From an uncultured Acidobacteriota bacterium (GTDB lineage: Bacteria > Acidobacteriota > UBA6911), in NCBI GenBank assembly GCA_963827655.1, contig CAWHCF010000022.1, positions 96,001 to 160,000 on the forward strand: a DNA stretch of 64,000 nucleotides, in the 5' to 3' direction. This document shows positions 1 to 13,058 of the stretch, one piece after another. Every line of letters begins with the position of its first letter. Position 1 is the first letter of the stretch. The notes under the pieces were generated by a model, which saw only the letters and a program-made list of their open reading frames with translations, made no database searches and was not told where the DNA came from. A program made the position numbers and the translations under genes.

Positions 1-2136
1 CGGTCCCGGCGTAAATAAGGCCGCCGGTCAAGTTCAGACCTGGCGCCTGGATCGGTGCCGGCTGGCCGAAGGCGAAGCCTCGAGTCTGCCGGTCGAAGCG
101 TTCGCTCGTCGGCGCTTCGTAGTCCCATCGCAACCCGAGATTCACGGTGAGACGTTCGTTGATTTTCCAGTCGTCCTGGAGATAACCGACGTAATAGAGG
201 TTCTGCCAGGCGAAGGTTTCGTTCTTGGAGACAAACCCTGAACCGGGTAGCCCAGCAGAAACGATGCGTAGGGATCTCCCGAGGTCGTATCGGCCGTACT
301 GGGGTCGCGCCGGGTCATGTCACGAAGGAAGCTGTAGGAGCCCGTCGTGTTGCCGGGCGAAACGTCAAACCAGCGGTAGACGCGGAACTCGAAGCCCGTC
401 TTGATCGTGTGCTTTCGCCAGTTCCTGGTAAGATTGGCCTGCGCGCTGTAGGTGTAGTCAGGATTGAGCGTCTCGGGGCGGCTGGCTCCGAATCCCTGAT
501 AACCGTCCAGATTGAACTGAGGGAAGTGGAAGGGCTGGTTGAACTGAGATACCAGGCTGGACGGGAAACCGATGAGTGTGGGATCGAACCCTGCCCCAAA
601 GGTTCCGCTGCGGTTGTGCCACTTCAAGGCGCCCACGCGCGCGTTGAAGATGGTCGTTGGATTCAATGTGGAGGTCCAGTCTACAGCGCCGCTCGTGTCA
701 CCGCGCACCAGAGGTTGGTTGCCGCTGGGCTCGGCCGCGTTAGTGCCCCAGATGATGCCTCGATGTTCATGGAGGATATTGTGGCCATAGCGGACGAAAA
801 TGTTGTTCTTTGGGTTCATCGCCCAGTCGAGACGACCGATGTACGAGTCGAAATGCTGAATCCAGCGCGAGGGATAAATGTAGTTGTTGGCGCGCTGGGG
901 GCCGTCTCCCGGTGAGTTAGGGAGGGGATAATAACTCCCTTGAAGGATCTTCAGCGCCACCGGATCCATGCGGCTCGCGGGAATGATATTGTTAGGGAAC
1001 GGATCGCGGACGTATCGCTGGGTGGCGTCGTCAAGCCGGGTCGTCAGCGGATCGTAAATAGCGATCGGTTGTCCGGCGGAGTTCCTGAGGCTGTTGAAAT
1101 CACCGTTGCGGATCTCCGCAATCGGCAGTGTGACCGTTCCGGGATCGGCGGTGCCCTGGCGGATGCTCTCGTAGCTGACCATGAAGAAAAGCTTGTCCCG
1201 CCCGTCGAGAACGCGTGGAATCACAACCGGCCCATCGACCTGCAGCCCATAGGTGTGAATCTTGGCCGATGGCCGGCGAGCCTTGCCCGTCTCGGGATCC
1301 ATCAAGGTTCCCCGGTTCAATTCAAAGGTGTTGGCATTAAGGATGCTGGCCTGTTCGTCGAAGAAGGCCGAGCCATGCAACCTGTTGGTTCCGGTCTTCA
1401 GAGAGATATTGACTACGCCTCCCGAGCTGCGGCCATATTGAGCATCGTAGGTATTGGTCTGGACCTTGAACTCTTGAGTGGCGTCAATCGTGGGGACCAG
1501 CGAAACGCTGCGATCCGAGCGCACGTTGGTGACGCCATCGATCAGGACCTCGTTTTCCCTGGGACGGCCGCCGTTGATCGATATCCCGGAACTGCCGGCT
1601 ATGTCTAGCGGGCGCAGGTAGCGCCAGGTCCCTCCGCGCAGAACCCCCGGGGAGAGCCAGGCCAATTGGAATGGATTCCGCCCGGAGGTAGGCAGATTGA
1701 AGATCTCCTTCTTGCCGATGACCACTCCGCGATTGGCGGTGTCGGTTTCCAGGACCTCGGTCTGTCCCGTGACGGTCACACTCTCCGCGACCTCACCCAA
1801 CTCCAACTGAATATCCAGACGCAGCCTGTCGTTAACGCGCAACTCGACGCTCGAACGGACGTAGCGCTTGAATCCGGCGAGTTCTGCCGAGACCCGATAA
1901 TTCCCGGGCAGGAGGAAAAGAACCAGGTAATTCCCATCGTGAGCGCTCACGGTTTCATGCGAGACATTGCGCTCGACACTGGTTACGGTAAGGGTAACAC
2001 CGGGAATCGCGGCTCCGGAGGGATCCGTCACGGTACCGCCGATCGAGCCCCGGTATTCCTGGGCTGCGACAGGAATCGAGAGAAGAAGCAAAACGAAAAG
2101 CAGGACGCACTTGATGTCGCTTCGGGGGTATTCCAT
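1..2136 (-). CDS. Oar-like TonB-dependent receptor (carboxypeptidase-regulatory N-domain); frameshift near 245, continues past window start
   Basis: Signal peptide, GSIGGTVTDPSGAAIPG, QEFKVQTNTYDAQYGRSSGG. After LGYP a second frame reads GFVSKNETFAWQNLYYVGYLQDDWKINERLTVNLGLRWDY, the canonical QDDWK...NLGLRWDY motif. Confidence 0.9.
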
Positions 2137-2269
2137 GTTTCCTCCAGAAGGGGGAGGTTTGGGAGGCCGCCTGATTTCTCAGCGAAGGGAATTCTACCCC
2201 GACCGTCGGCGCGACTCAAAGGGTCTTGGTGTTTCCTGGCGTCTTCGTGTCTTCGTGGTTAGCGCGACG

Positions 2270-2962
2270 TCATGCGTCAGGATTCAAGCGATACCCTACC
2301 CATGGTTCGGTCAAGATGTATCGAGGGTGTTGAGGATCAGGTTCGATCTTGCGGCGCAGCTGATTGATGACTACGCGCAAATATTCGGTCTGCTCGGACG
2401 ATTGCCAGCCCCAAACTGATTGCAGCAGCTTTCGATGAGTCACAACCTTGCCCGCGTTGCTCGCCAGGTACTTGAGCACGTCGAATTCTTTGGGCGTCAG
2501 TTTGAATTCCTTGCCCGCGACTACAACCCGCCTCTCAGCGCTGTCGATCAGGACGTCCCCCACCTCCAGCACGGAGGCGCCGGCTTCAGATGCGGGCAGC
2601 CGGCGCAACACAGCCCGAACGCGCGCCAGCAGTTCGTCCATGCCGAAAGGCTTCGTGACATAATCGTCCGCCCCCAGATCCAGGGCCGCGACCTTATCAC
2701 TCTCCGACCCTTTTGCGGAGAGCACAATCACGGGCACGGACGAAAACTCGCGCACACGCCGGCAGACTTCGAGTCCAGACATGCCCGGCATCGCCAGATC
2801 GAGAATAATGATGTCGGGCATCTGCTTGCCGATCTCATCGAGCGCTTCGTCGCCATCAGACGCCGTCCTGACCTCGTATCCACGCGCGGGCAAGCTGGCC
2901 CGCATGACGCGCAGGATTTGTGGTTCATCGTCGACCACAAGGATGACTGGTTTACTGTTCAT
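2270..2962 (-). CDS. kdpE: KdpE response regulator (OmpR family)
   Basis: VVDDEPQI receiver, LDLAMP, GADDYVTKPF, LRRKIEPDPQHPRYILTEPWVGYR; lies at the end of the kdp operon. Confidence 0.95.
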   Translation of the reverse strand: MNSKPVILVVDDEPQILRVMRASLPARGYEVRTASDGDEALDEIGKQMPDIIILDLAMPGMSGLEVCRRVREFSSVPVIVLSAKGSESDKVAALDLGADDYVTKPFGMDELLARVRAVLRRLPASEAGASVLEVGDVLIDSAERRVVVAGKEFKLTPKEFDVLKYLASNAGKVVTHRKLLQSVWGWQSSEQTEYLRVVINQLRRKIEPDPQHPRYILTEPWVGYRLNPDA

Positions 2963-3012
2963 TGAACGATTGTCTTGGGAAACAAAAGCGGAGCCCGGCC
3001 GCAGCCGTTCAG

Positions 3013-4530
3013 TTACCCTGCCATTGCGCGCTTATACTCTACCGGAATCGCGATTGTGAAGGTGGCTCCCTGGGCAGGAGCGCTCTCGACCCATATCCGC
3101 CCGCCATGCGCCTCTACTATGCCGCGCGCTATCGCCAGGCCCATGCCCGTCCCTTCGCTGACCCGCCTCGCGGGGTGCCGGCCGCGATAGAATTTGTCAA
3201 AGATGCGGCCCATCTCATCGGACGTGATTCCAGGTCCGTGGTCCGTGACGCTGATAATCAATTCATCCCCTGCTACGCGCGCGCGGACAATTATGGCGCT
3301 GTCAGCCGGTGAATATTTGGCGGCGTTCTCGACCAGATTGGTGAGAGCCTCCGCCACCAGCCGGGAATCGACTTTCACAACCGGCGTGTGCTCGTCTAGG
3401 GCGACGCTCACGCGGTGATTGCGAATTGAGGCCGCGCACCTCTCCAGCACGTTATCGACTATCTCGGAGACTGATTGCCAGTGTTTGGATGGCTTGAGTT
3501 CGCCCGCCTCTATGCGAGCCATCTCCAGCAGATTCCGGACCAGCTTCGTCAGGCGCGAGACCTCCTCGCTGATAATCAGGTGAAACTCACGCAGCGCCTT
3601 CCGGTCCCATTCGGTCTCTTCCTGCAGGAGGCTATCAATCGCCGCTCGAATCGAAGTGAGCGGTGTGCGCAGGTCGTGCGATACCGAGGCGAGCAGCGCC
3701 GACTTCAACTCATCGCTCTGTCGGAGAGCCTCTGTGCGACTGACCTCTTTAAGGAAGCGCGCTCGTTCCAGCGCGAGGGCGACCAGGCCGGCGATGGCTT
3801 CCACAGTCCCGCGTTCGAGCGCTGACGATACTATGACCATTACCCCGATCGACCGGACTCCGACTTTTAACGGCACGTAGGCGACGGTGTGCTTCCGTTC
3901 GAGCGCTCCGGCCTCCGAGTCGGCCAGGCCGATTTCTCCCAGGCGAAAAGCTCTATCCACCCCTGTCTCTGCCGGCGTGAATGAGCCATACACATTGACG
4001 TCGGTGGCGATTGCCAGCCTCCGCCACCCGCCTCGATCGTCGGGCACGAAGACACCACAGTAGTCGAACGCGAAGACCTCGACGACCTGCCTCGCGATCG
4101 ATGACACGGCCGTCTCGGAGTCGGGCGTGGCGATTATTGCCCGGCTGAGCTGGTAAAGATTCCACACCTCCTCTCGCCGTCTTTCTGCCTCGCGGGTTCG
4201 ACTGCGCGCGGCAGCGGACAGCTGACTGGCAATAACCGCGGTCACCAGGAATGCGAACAACGCCACCCAATTCTGGGGATCCTGTATGGTCAGCGTTCCA
4301 ACGGGCGGGAGGAAAAAGAAGTTGAAGCAGAGCATTCCAGTGACGGACGCCAGGATGCCGGCACCGAGTCCGTGAGCGAATGCGGCGAGCAGCACGACGA
4401 GCAAAAGGCTGAGCGCGACGGTCGTATAGTTAACTTCGGTGACGACAAACCTGTACAGAGCCGTGACCGACGCCACGCCCGCGAGAGCGATGATATACCC
4501 TATCCAGTTTTGACGGGCGGAGGTGTGCAT
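3013..4530 (-). CDS. kdpD: KdpD C-terminal half: 4-TM (DUF4118) + GAF + HisKA + HATPase
   Basis: FNFFFLPPVGTLTI TM motif, intact H-box SVSHDLRTPL, NLVENAAKYS, GTGMGLAI. Confidence 0.92.
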   Translation of the reverse strand: MHTSARQNWIGYIIALAGVASVTALYRFVVTEVNYTTVALSLLLVVLLAAFAHGLGAGILASVTGMLCFNFFFLPPVGTLTIQDPQNWVALFAFLVTAVIASQLSAAARSRTREAERRREEVWNLYQLSRAIIATPDSETAVSSIARQVVEVFAFDYCGVFVPDDRGGWRRLAIATDVNVYGSFTPAETGVDRAFRLGEIGLADSEAGALERKHTVAYVPLKVGVRSIGVMVIVSSALERGTVEAIAGLVALALERARFLKEVSRTEALRQSDELKSALLASVSHDLRTPLTSIRAAIDSLLQEETEWDRKALREFHLIISEEVSRLTKLVRNLLEMARIEAGELKPSKHWQSVSEIVDNVLERCAASIRNHRVSVALDEHTPVVKVDSRLVAEALTNLVENAAKYSPADSAIIVRARVAGDELIISVTDHGPGITSDEMGRIFDKFYRGRHPARRVSEGTGMGLAIARGIVEAHGGRIWVESAPAQGATFTIAIPVEYKRAMAG

Positions 4531-4589
4531 TGGGCGCCTTTACCCGGTGATTTTACCTCGAGCGGGTTGAGATGACAAATGCGCCAAGA

Positions 4590-4650
4590 AAGTCGAAAGT
4601 AAAAAGTGCTGAGTTGAAAGCACTTCAGCACTTTTAACTCAGCACTCGAC
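4590..4650. repeat. Degenerate 7-mer repeats forming an imperfect inverted repeat between the two kdpD halves
   Basis: AGTGCTGAGTTGAAAG...CTTTTAACTCAGCACT, preceded by AAAGTCG AAAGTAA AAAGTGC. Confidence 0.55.
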
Positions 4651-4656
4651 AGGATC

Positions 4657-5828
4657 CTAGGCGTCCCGCCGCTCTCGGGCCTCGACCGTCTCACCGGTAG
4701 GTATGACCTGGACAGCGGCGTCTTTCACCTCTGCCAGAAAGCGGTTGAGAGTGGAGCCGCGCAGGAGAATGTCCCAGCGCGAGCGGGCCGACTGGCCGAA
4801 AATGACGTGGCTGATGCCTTCGCGCCGAGCGAACTCAACCAGCGCATCGGCCGCGCGTTTCGCTTTCAGCTTGACTACGGTCGCTCCGAGCTCTTCAGCT
4901 AACTCGATATTCGCAGCCAGCTGACGGGCGTCATTGGGATTTATCCGGGCGGCATCTTCCTCGGGGGTTTCCACGTAGACGGCATACCATAGGGCGCCCA
5001 ACCGCCCGGCAATACGCGCGCCCGCCCGCAGCAGTTTCTTGGCCGTCTGGTTCGACGAGATGCAGACCATCACTTTTTCAGGTATCAAGGCGGCGCCAAG
5101 CCCCTCGCGTGAACGGTACTGCGCGGCTTTCGAGCCCACCTCCTCGGCAACGGCGCGCAGCGCCAGCTCTCGCAGCGTCGATAGATTTCCCTTGCGAAAA
5201 AAGTGAGTGAGCGCCTGTTCGATTTTTTCCGGCTTGTATATCTTGCCCTGTCTCAACCGGGCGCGCAGTTCCTCGATCGTGACATCAACGTTAACTACTT
5301 CGTCGGCCCGCTTCAAGAAGCTGTCGGGAACGGTCTCGCGCACACGAACGCCGGACGAGCGTATCACGGCGTCGTTGAGCGTCTCGAGATGCTGGATGTT
5401 GACGGCGGTGAATACGCTGATGCCCGCCTCCAGGAGGTCGAGCACGTCTTCGTAGCGTTTCTTGTTTTTCGACCCTGGAACGTTCGAGTGCGCGAGTTCA
5501 TCGACCAGGCAGATTTCGGGCTTCCGTGCAATGATTGCATCCACGTCCATCTCTTCCAGCACGACGTTGCGATATTCGATCTTCCTGCGCGGAATGGTCT
5601 CCAGATCGCGAATCTGCGCTTCCGTTTCCGGCCGGCGTAAGTCTCGAGAAAACCGATCACCACGTCGTAGCCCTGGCGCCGAAGATGGTGCGCGTCTTCG
5701 AGCATCTGATAGGTCTTGCCTACACCAGGGGCTGCTCCAATGTAGATCCGCAGCCGCGCGCGCTGCTCTTGCTCAAGCCGCGCGAGCAGCGCTTCGCCGC
5801 TCGGGCGGACGTCAGCGTCTCGGCTCAT
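4657..5828 (-). CDS. kdpD: Stand-alone KdpD N-terminal protein (KdpD sensor domain + Usp); frameshift near 5637
   Basis: RLRIYIGAAPGVGKTYQML Walker A in ORF 5364-5828; LEEMDVDAI, LVDELAHSN, FFRKGNLSTLRELALR and a Usp domain in ORF 4657-5562. The frames join at ETY/GRPETEAQ. Confidence 0.9.
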
Positions 5829-7807
5829 AAACCAATACCGCTAAGACACGAAGACACAAAGAAACACAAGGGTTCGCGCAGAAATAAGTTCGCATTCTGT
5901 GCAGGCCAGGCCGCTGGCGAGGCCACGACGATCGTACCCCTACTCCATGTCTGGTGGCCTGCGGGCCGTCCGGTGGGAAGAGCAAACGTAAAGGTCGTAC
6001 CCTCAGCCCACCCGCGGCTCTCGACCCCGATCTGCCCCCCTTGAGCGTCGACGAGCCGCTTCACCAGCGCCAGTCCCAATCCCGTTCCGCCGCCCGGGCG
6101 CCCCTCGACGTGGACGAACCGTCCGAAAATATTCGGCAGAGATTCTTCAGGGATGCCGTCGCCGGTATCCCTTACGCTGAAGAATACACGATCGGCGCGC
6201 TCGATTGCCGCGAGGGTCACCGTCCCATCGCGCCCCGTGTGACGGATGGCGTTCGACAGCAAGTTATCGAAAATGCGCTTGACGGCCTGGCGATCGGCCT
6301 TGACCCAGGGGAGGTCGGGCCAGACATTGTTCTCCAGTTTGACGCGCTTGCATTCGGCCGCAGACTGGAAGCGTTCGATGGCCACCCGCGCCAGGTCAAT
6401 CGGACGCAAGCGCTCGGTCGAAACCTGCCGCGCGCCCGACTCGATTTCCGCCAGCTCCAGCAGGTCGCCCATGATCTCGTCGAGCTGCTCGGCGTCCTGC
6501 CGCGCGCCCAGGAGCATCTCTCTTTGCTCGTCGGTTAGTTCTCCGGTATACCCTTCCAGGACGCCATGCAAGGCGAGCTGGAGCGAGTGGAGCGGCTCGC
6601 GCAATTTGCCCGAGGCGACCGAAATGAAATCCGTCTTGATTTTGTCAACCTCCCTGAGGGCGGTAATATCTTCCAACACGGTGACGGCACCGAGAAGCCG
6701 TCCGTCCTCGTCACGCATGGGTGTGGTACGCAGGCGGAAGCTGCGCTGCGCGCCCCCCACTTTCAGGGGCACGAGCGCCGCGTCGCCTTCGGCCGCCACG
6801 GGCTGCTGCATCCTGACGGCGTCTTGCACGGCGCGCAAGATGCGCTCTCCCGCGGTAAAGCCCGTGAGCGACAGATCGCCCTCACCCCCATTGCCGCCCC
6901 TGGAGTCGAACAACTGCCTGGCCGCGCGGTTGATCTTGGTGACACGACCGCGCGCGTCCGTCACGATGACAGGTTCGTAGATAGAGTCGATGGCCGCATC
7001 GGATTTTTTCTGTTCTATCCGCAGGCGCCAGTACTCCGACTGGCGCAGCTCGCGCAGCCTCGCCGCCATCCGGTTGAACTCGGCGGCCAGCATCCCTATT
7101 TCATCCTGAGAGGAGATGTGCAGGCGCTGGTCGAAATCTCCCTCGGCTATCCGCTTCGCTTTCTGGGTGAGAGTCGAGATCGGATCGACCACATAGCTGG
7201 TAAAGCGGTAGGCGAACAGGAGCGCCAACACGACCGCCGCCACGCCGGCAATCGCGGTGGAAACCTCCGCGCGCCACGACTGGGCGACGGCGCGCTCGCT
7301 CGCCGCCAGCATCGCCTTCTGGTTGAGTTGCAACAGGTCGTCGAGTCGCTGTTTCAGGTCAAGGAAGGCCGGCTCGAGCCGCGCGAAGTACCTGTTGGAC
7401 TGCTCGGGCGAAGGGAGCGGCTGCGGCGGGTTGATGAATCGTTCGATCTCTTGTTTGTAGGCCGAGTATTTCGCGTCTATCTCGGCGACGATCTGATCCT
7501 CTCCCGGCTCCGTGATGTTGCTCGCGGCAACCTGAAACTCCTGCCGGAATCTATCGATGTTGGCCGCAAACTGGGCGCGGGCTTGATCGGGATGACCGGC
7601 AATGAAAAACATGGCCGCGGAGTCCTGCCGTTCGAGCGCCTCCTTCATGTTCTCGGCAGCGACGATGCTCTTGTAGTTATTGACGAGTATTACATCGACG
7701 GCCCGCCCCAGAACCACCAGGTGGTAGATGGCCCACGTGCTCACGGCCAGGATGATAACAATCAGCAGGCCGTAACTGAGGGCCAGTTTGCGTTTCAGGC
7801 TTCTCAT
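5825..7807 (-). CDS. Membrane sensor histidine-kinase-like protein (4HB sensor-HAMP-PAS-HisKA-HATPase) with degenerate H-box
   Basis: Two TMs, HAMP (DEIGMLAAEFNRMA), PAS (PVIVTDARGRVTKIN), NLLSNAIRH, DTGDGI, GTGLGL. The H-box reads ASGKLREPL instead of ASHELRTPL. Confidence 0.88.
   Translation of the reverse strand: MRSLKRKLALSYGLLIVIILAVSTWAIYHLVVLGRAVDVILVNNYKSIVAAENMKEALERQDSAAMFFIAGHPDQARAQFAANIDRFRQEFQVAASNITEPGEDQIVAEIDAKYSAYKQEIERFINPPQPLPSPEQSNRYFARLEPAFLDLKQRLDDLLQLNQKAMLAASERAVAQSWRAEVSTAIAGVAAVVLALLFAYRFTSYVVDPISTLTQKAKRIAEGDFDQRLHISSQDEIGMLAAEFNRMAARLRELRQSEYWRLRIEQKKSDAAIDSIYEPVIVTDARGRVTKINRAARQLFDSRGGNGGEGDLSLTGFTAGERILRAVQDAVRMQQPVAAEGDAALVPLKVGGAQRSFRLRTTPMRDEDGRLLGAVTVLEDITALREVDKIKTDFISVASGKLREPLHSLQLALHGVLEGYTGELTDEQREMLLGARQDAEQLDEIMGDLLELAEIESGARQVSTERLRPIDLARVAIERFQSAAECKRVKLENNVWPDLPWVKADRQAVKRIFDNLLSNAIRHTGRDGTVTLAAIERADRVFFSVRDTGDGIPEESLPNIFGRFVHVEGRPGGGTGLGLALVKRLVDAQGGQIGVESRGWAEGTTFTFALPTGRPAGHQTWSRGTIVVASPAAWPAQNANLFLREPLCFFVSSCLSGIGL
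5870..5968 (+). mobile_element. Partial/degenerate copy of the TAA-flanked MITE
   Basis: GGGTTCGCGCAGAAATAAGTTCGCATTCTG...GCAGGCCAGGCCGCTGGCGAGGC matches the end of the 32484 and 61137 elements; the other end was not found. Confidence 0.7.
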
Positions 7808-7890
7808 ATTACCAGGACGTGACTTCGCTGTTTCTTCGGTCTGGTCTTGTGGTTTGTTAACAGCTCAAAGACACGAAAAACACTAGCGCC

Positions 7891-8478
7891 TTAGCGCGCC
7901 GGTTTCGCTCGAACCTCATCCAGAACCAGATTCAATTCGAGGACGTTGACACGCGCCTCGCCCAGCACGCCGAACTGCCGCCCCTCGGTATGCTCCCGCA
8001 CCAGGCGGCGCACTTCGTCCTGGCTCATCTGCCGCGCGCGCGCGACACGCGGAAGCTGAAACTCGGCCGCGGCCGGTGTGATATGAGGGTCGAGTCCCGA
8101 TGCCGATGACGTAACCAGGTCGACCGGGATCGGCAAACCAGGATTTTCCTCCCGGCGCGCCTTGGCAGCTACGCCCACCTGTTCTTCGATGAGCTTCTTG
8201 CTCGTGGGGCCGAGATTGGTCCCGCCGGAGGAAACCCCGTCGTACCCTTGACCCGCCGCCGAGGGACGCGAATGGAAGTAACCTTCGCCCGAAAACGGCT
8301 GGCCGATCAATCGAGATCCTATCACCTTGCCGTCTTTCTCAATGAGGCTGCCCGCCGCTTTATCGGGAAAGATCGCCTGCGCCAGCCCGGTCACGACCAG
8401 CGGATAAACCAGCCCAAACAGCACAGTAAGCACAACAGTCATTGCGACAGCCGGATAAATCTGTTTGATCAAGTTCAT
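7891..8478 (-). CDS. kdpC: K+-transporting ATPase subunit C
   Basis: YPLVVTGLAQ, GSRLIGQPF, YFHSRPSAAG, PVDLVTSSASGLDPHITP, GEARVNVLELNL. Confidence 0.97.
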   Translation of the reverse strand: MNLIKQIYPAVAMTVVLTVLFGLVYPLVVTGLAQAIFPDKAAGSLIEKDGKVIGSRLIGQPFSGEGYFHSRPSAAGQGYDGVSSGGTNLGPTSKKLIEEQVGVAAKARREENPGLPIPVDLVTSSASGLDPHITPAAAEFQLPRVARARQMSQDEVRRLVREHTEGRQFGVLGEARVNVLELNLVLDEVRAKPAR

Positions 8479-8526
8479 TGTATCACCAAGATGTTAGCGT
8501 TTCTTCGCGGTTGATTGTGTTTCGCA

Positions 8527-10650
<2,124 letters not shown>

Positions 10651-10706
10651 AACAACTCCTGATGAGAATTCCGATTGCGAAGCTCGAGCGCGAAGACTCC
10701 AATCAA

Positions 10707-12497
10707 TTAAAACGTTGTTCCCGCATTCATCAAGAAGTGCTCTACGATCGGGCCCAGCGACAGCATGGGGAAGAAGGTCAGCGCGCCCACGATCAATATC
10801 ACGCCGATCAAGAGCGTGACGAAAAGGGGCGTGTGAACCGGGAAAGTGCCCGCGGAAGGAGGCACGATCTTCTTGGCCGCAAGACTTCCAGCGATCCCCA
10901 TCATCGGGATGATCATGAGAAATCGCCCGATAAGCATGGCAAGCCCCAGGGTCGTGTTGTACCAATGGGTATTGACGGTAATCCCGGCGAAGGCGGAGCC
11001 GTTGTTGCCGGTGGCGGAGGTGTAAGCGTAGACGATCTCCGAGAGACCGTGCGGGCCGCTATTGTTGACTTTCGACGCGCCGTAATCCACGACGCTCGAC
11101 CAGGCCGAGAAGACCAGGATCGAAAGCGCAAAGACCAGCACGTAAAGCATCGCCAACTTCACGTCCTTCGACTCGATTTTCTTTCCCAGGTATTCGGGCG
11201 TGCGCCCAACCATCAGCCCCGCGATGAAGACCGTCAGCACGACCATCACCAGCATCCCGTACATGCCTGCGCCCACTCCGCCGAAGATCACCTCGCCCAA
11301 CATTATGTTCAACAGCGGCACCATGCCTCCCAGCGGCGTGTACGAGTCATGCATGGAGTTGACCGCGCCGCACGAAGCATCGGTTGTCATCGTGGCGAAC
11401 AGCGCCGAGTTCGCGATGCCGAAGCGCACCTCCTTGCCTTCCATGTTGCCGCCTGACTGCTCGCCTCCCGGCGTATCAACGGCCGCTTGCGTTATCCCGT
11501 GCCGGTCGAACATAGGATTGCCGCGAGCCTCGAAGTAATAGGCGGCGAAAAATCCCGCCAGGAAGAGTACCGCCATCGCAGCAAAGACCGCCCAGCCGTG
11601 CTTTTGATTGCCGGTCATGCGACCCAGCGTGTAAGTGAGCCCGGCCCGATGGCGAAGATGGCGAGCATCTCGAAGAAGTTGGAGAAGGGCGTCGGGTTCT
11701 CAAACGGATGGGCCGAATTAGCGTTGAAGAATCCGCCGCCGTTCGTGCCCAGTTCCTTGATGATCTCCTGAGAGGCGACCGGCCCCTGGGCAATCACCTG
11801 CTCGGTTCGGGTCTCGGTGGTGGTGGTGCCGTCATCCTTCTTGGTCTCGACCTGCTGCTCCTCGACCAGCGTCGCCGAGGTGTACGGGCTCAAGTTCTGG
11901 ACCACGCCCTGGGAGACCAGCACGAGCGCCCCGACTATGCAGAGCGGGAAGCAGCAAGTAAAGCGAGCAGCGCACAAGGTCAACCCAGAAATTACCAACC
12001 GTCCTGGCTTCGCGCCGCGCGATCCCTCGAATGAAGGCGACGGCCAACACTATGCCGGTAGCCGCGGAGACGAAATTGTGAAAAGCGAGCCCGGCCATCT
12101 GCACCAGGTAGCTCATCGTGGACTCGCCGGAGTAAGCCTGCCAGTTGGTGTTAGTGGTGAAGCTGACGGCCGTGTTGAATGCCAGGTCCGGGTTGACACC
12201 CGTGAATGCCTGCGGGTTAAGCGGCAGGTAGAACTGGAGCCGCTGGAGCGCGTAGAGCACAAGCAGCCCCGCCAGGTTGAACATCAGCATGGCCGCGGTG
12301 TACTCGGTCCAGCGCTGCTCATTTCCCGCGTCCACGCGGCATAAGCGATAAATAAACCGCTCTACGGGACCGAGCAACCTGCCGGCAAGCGTCCGCTCTC
12401 CGGAGAAGATCCTGGCCATGAAAACCCCGAGCGGCTTGGTAACGGCGAGCACGGCCAGGAAAAGGATCGCGAGCTGGACTATCCCGTTGGTTGTCAT
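10707..12497 (-). CDS. kdpA: K+-transporting ATPase subunit A; two apparent frameshifts (~11950, ~11642)
   Basis: [43 protein letters not shown] and [20 protein letters not shown] are spread across three ORF fragments. Confidence 0.95.
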
Positions 12498-12629
12498 TTT
12501 CTTTTCCTCGATTAGTGCGTTCGACGTGCTTTGGACTGCGGTAGCTTGCCTGGCTTGCTACCGCCTTGGTTCGGCGAAGCTGTTTCGCTGGTCCCATTCA
12601 ACTGTTTGCAATCCGGGCGTCAGGCACCG

Positions 12630-12719
12630 CTAGAACTTCTCCGGCTTGAGCATCGCGTAGGTAAGGTACACAAGCAGGCCCAGAGCAATGAGTCCGCTGA
12701 TGATGTATTCCAAGCTCAT
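12630..12719 (-). CDS. kdpF: KdpF, 29 aa (below ORF-track cutoff)
   Basis: Manual translation MSLEYIISGLIALGLLVYLTYAMLKPEKF* with the YL.YA...PE.F KdpF signature; GGAGG RBS; directly upstream of kdpA. Confidence 0.93.
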   Translation of the reverse strand: MSLEYIISGLIALGLLVYLTYAMLKPEKF

Positions 12720-12805
12720 AACCCCTCCGGAGTTACCACGTAGCTGACAACGGGCCAGAAACGTCAACTTCTTGCCGTTGTCGGTTGCCTGTTATGGCAA
12801 TTGCC

Positions 12806-12889
12806 TCAAACGCGCTCGCAGAAAGTCACGTACCAGAACGCCAGCGCAAAGAAAATCAAAACCAATGCGATAAAGATGATGTCGAGCAT
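12806..12889 (-). CDS. 27-aa single-TM peptide upstream of kdpF (kdp-associated small protein)
   Basis: Manual translation MLDIIFIALVLIFFALAFWYVTFCERV*; GGAG upstream; hydrophobic helix ending in CER. Confidence 0.75.
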   Translation of the reverse strand: MLDIIFIALVLIFFALAFWYVTFCERV

Positions 12890-13058
12890 CTGTGTCAGGC
12901 TCCGCTATGTACCTGCGATTCAGACAGCAGTATGGTTCGAAAGTTCTCTTGCGTCCCGTTAACCAGGGCCGTAGCTTGGTTCGCCATCCCGGCTCCGCCC
13001 TTTTGGTCCTTCCCCTCTTCGTTCTCGGCCAGCGGAGCACTGTCGGAACCGCAGAGTT

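Noticed and set aside
10651-10965. N-terminal extension of KdpB in the ORF track
   Set aside because: Overlaps the kdpA 3' end; the RBS and family N-terminus point to ATG 10650.
11615-12497. Programmed frameshifting or true pseudogenisation of kdpA
   Set aside because: No slippery heptamer is evident at the breaks, and similar 1-bp breaks hit many unrelated genes; assembly error is more parsimonious.
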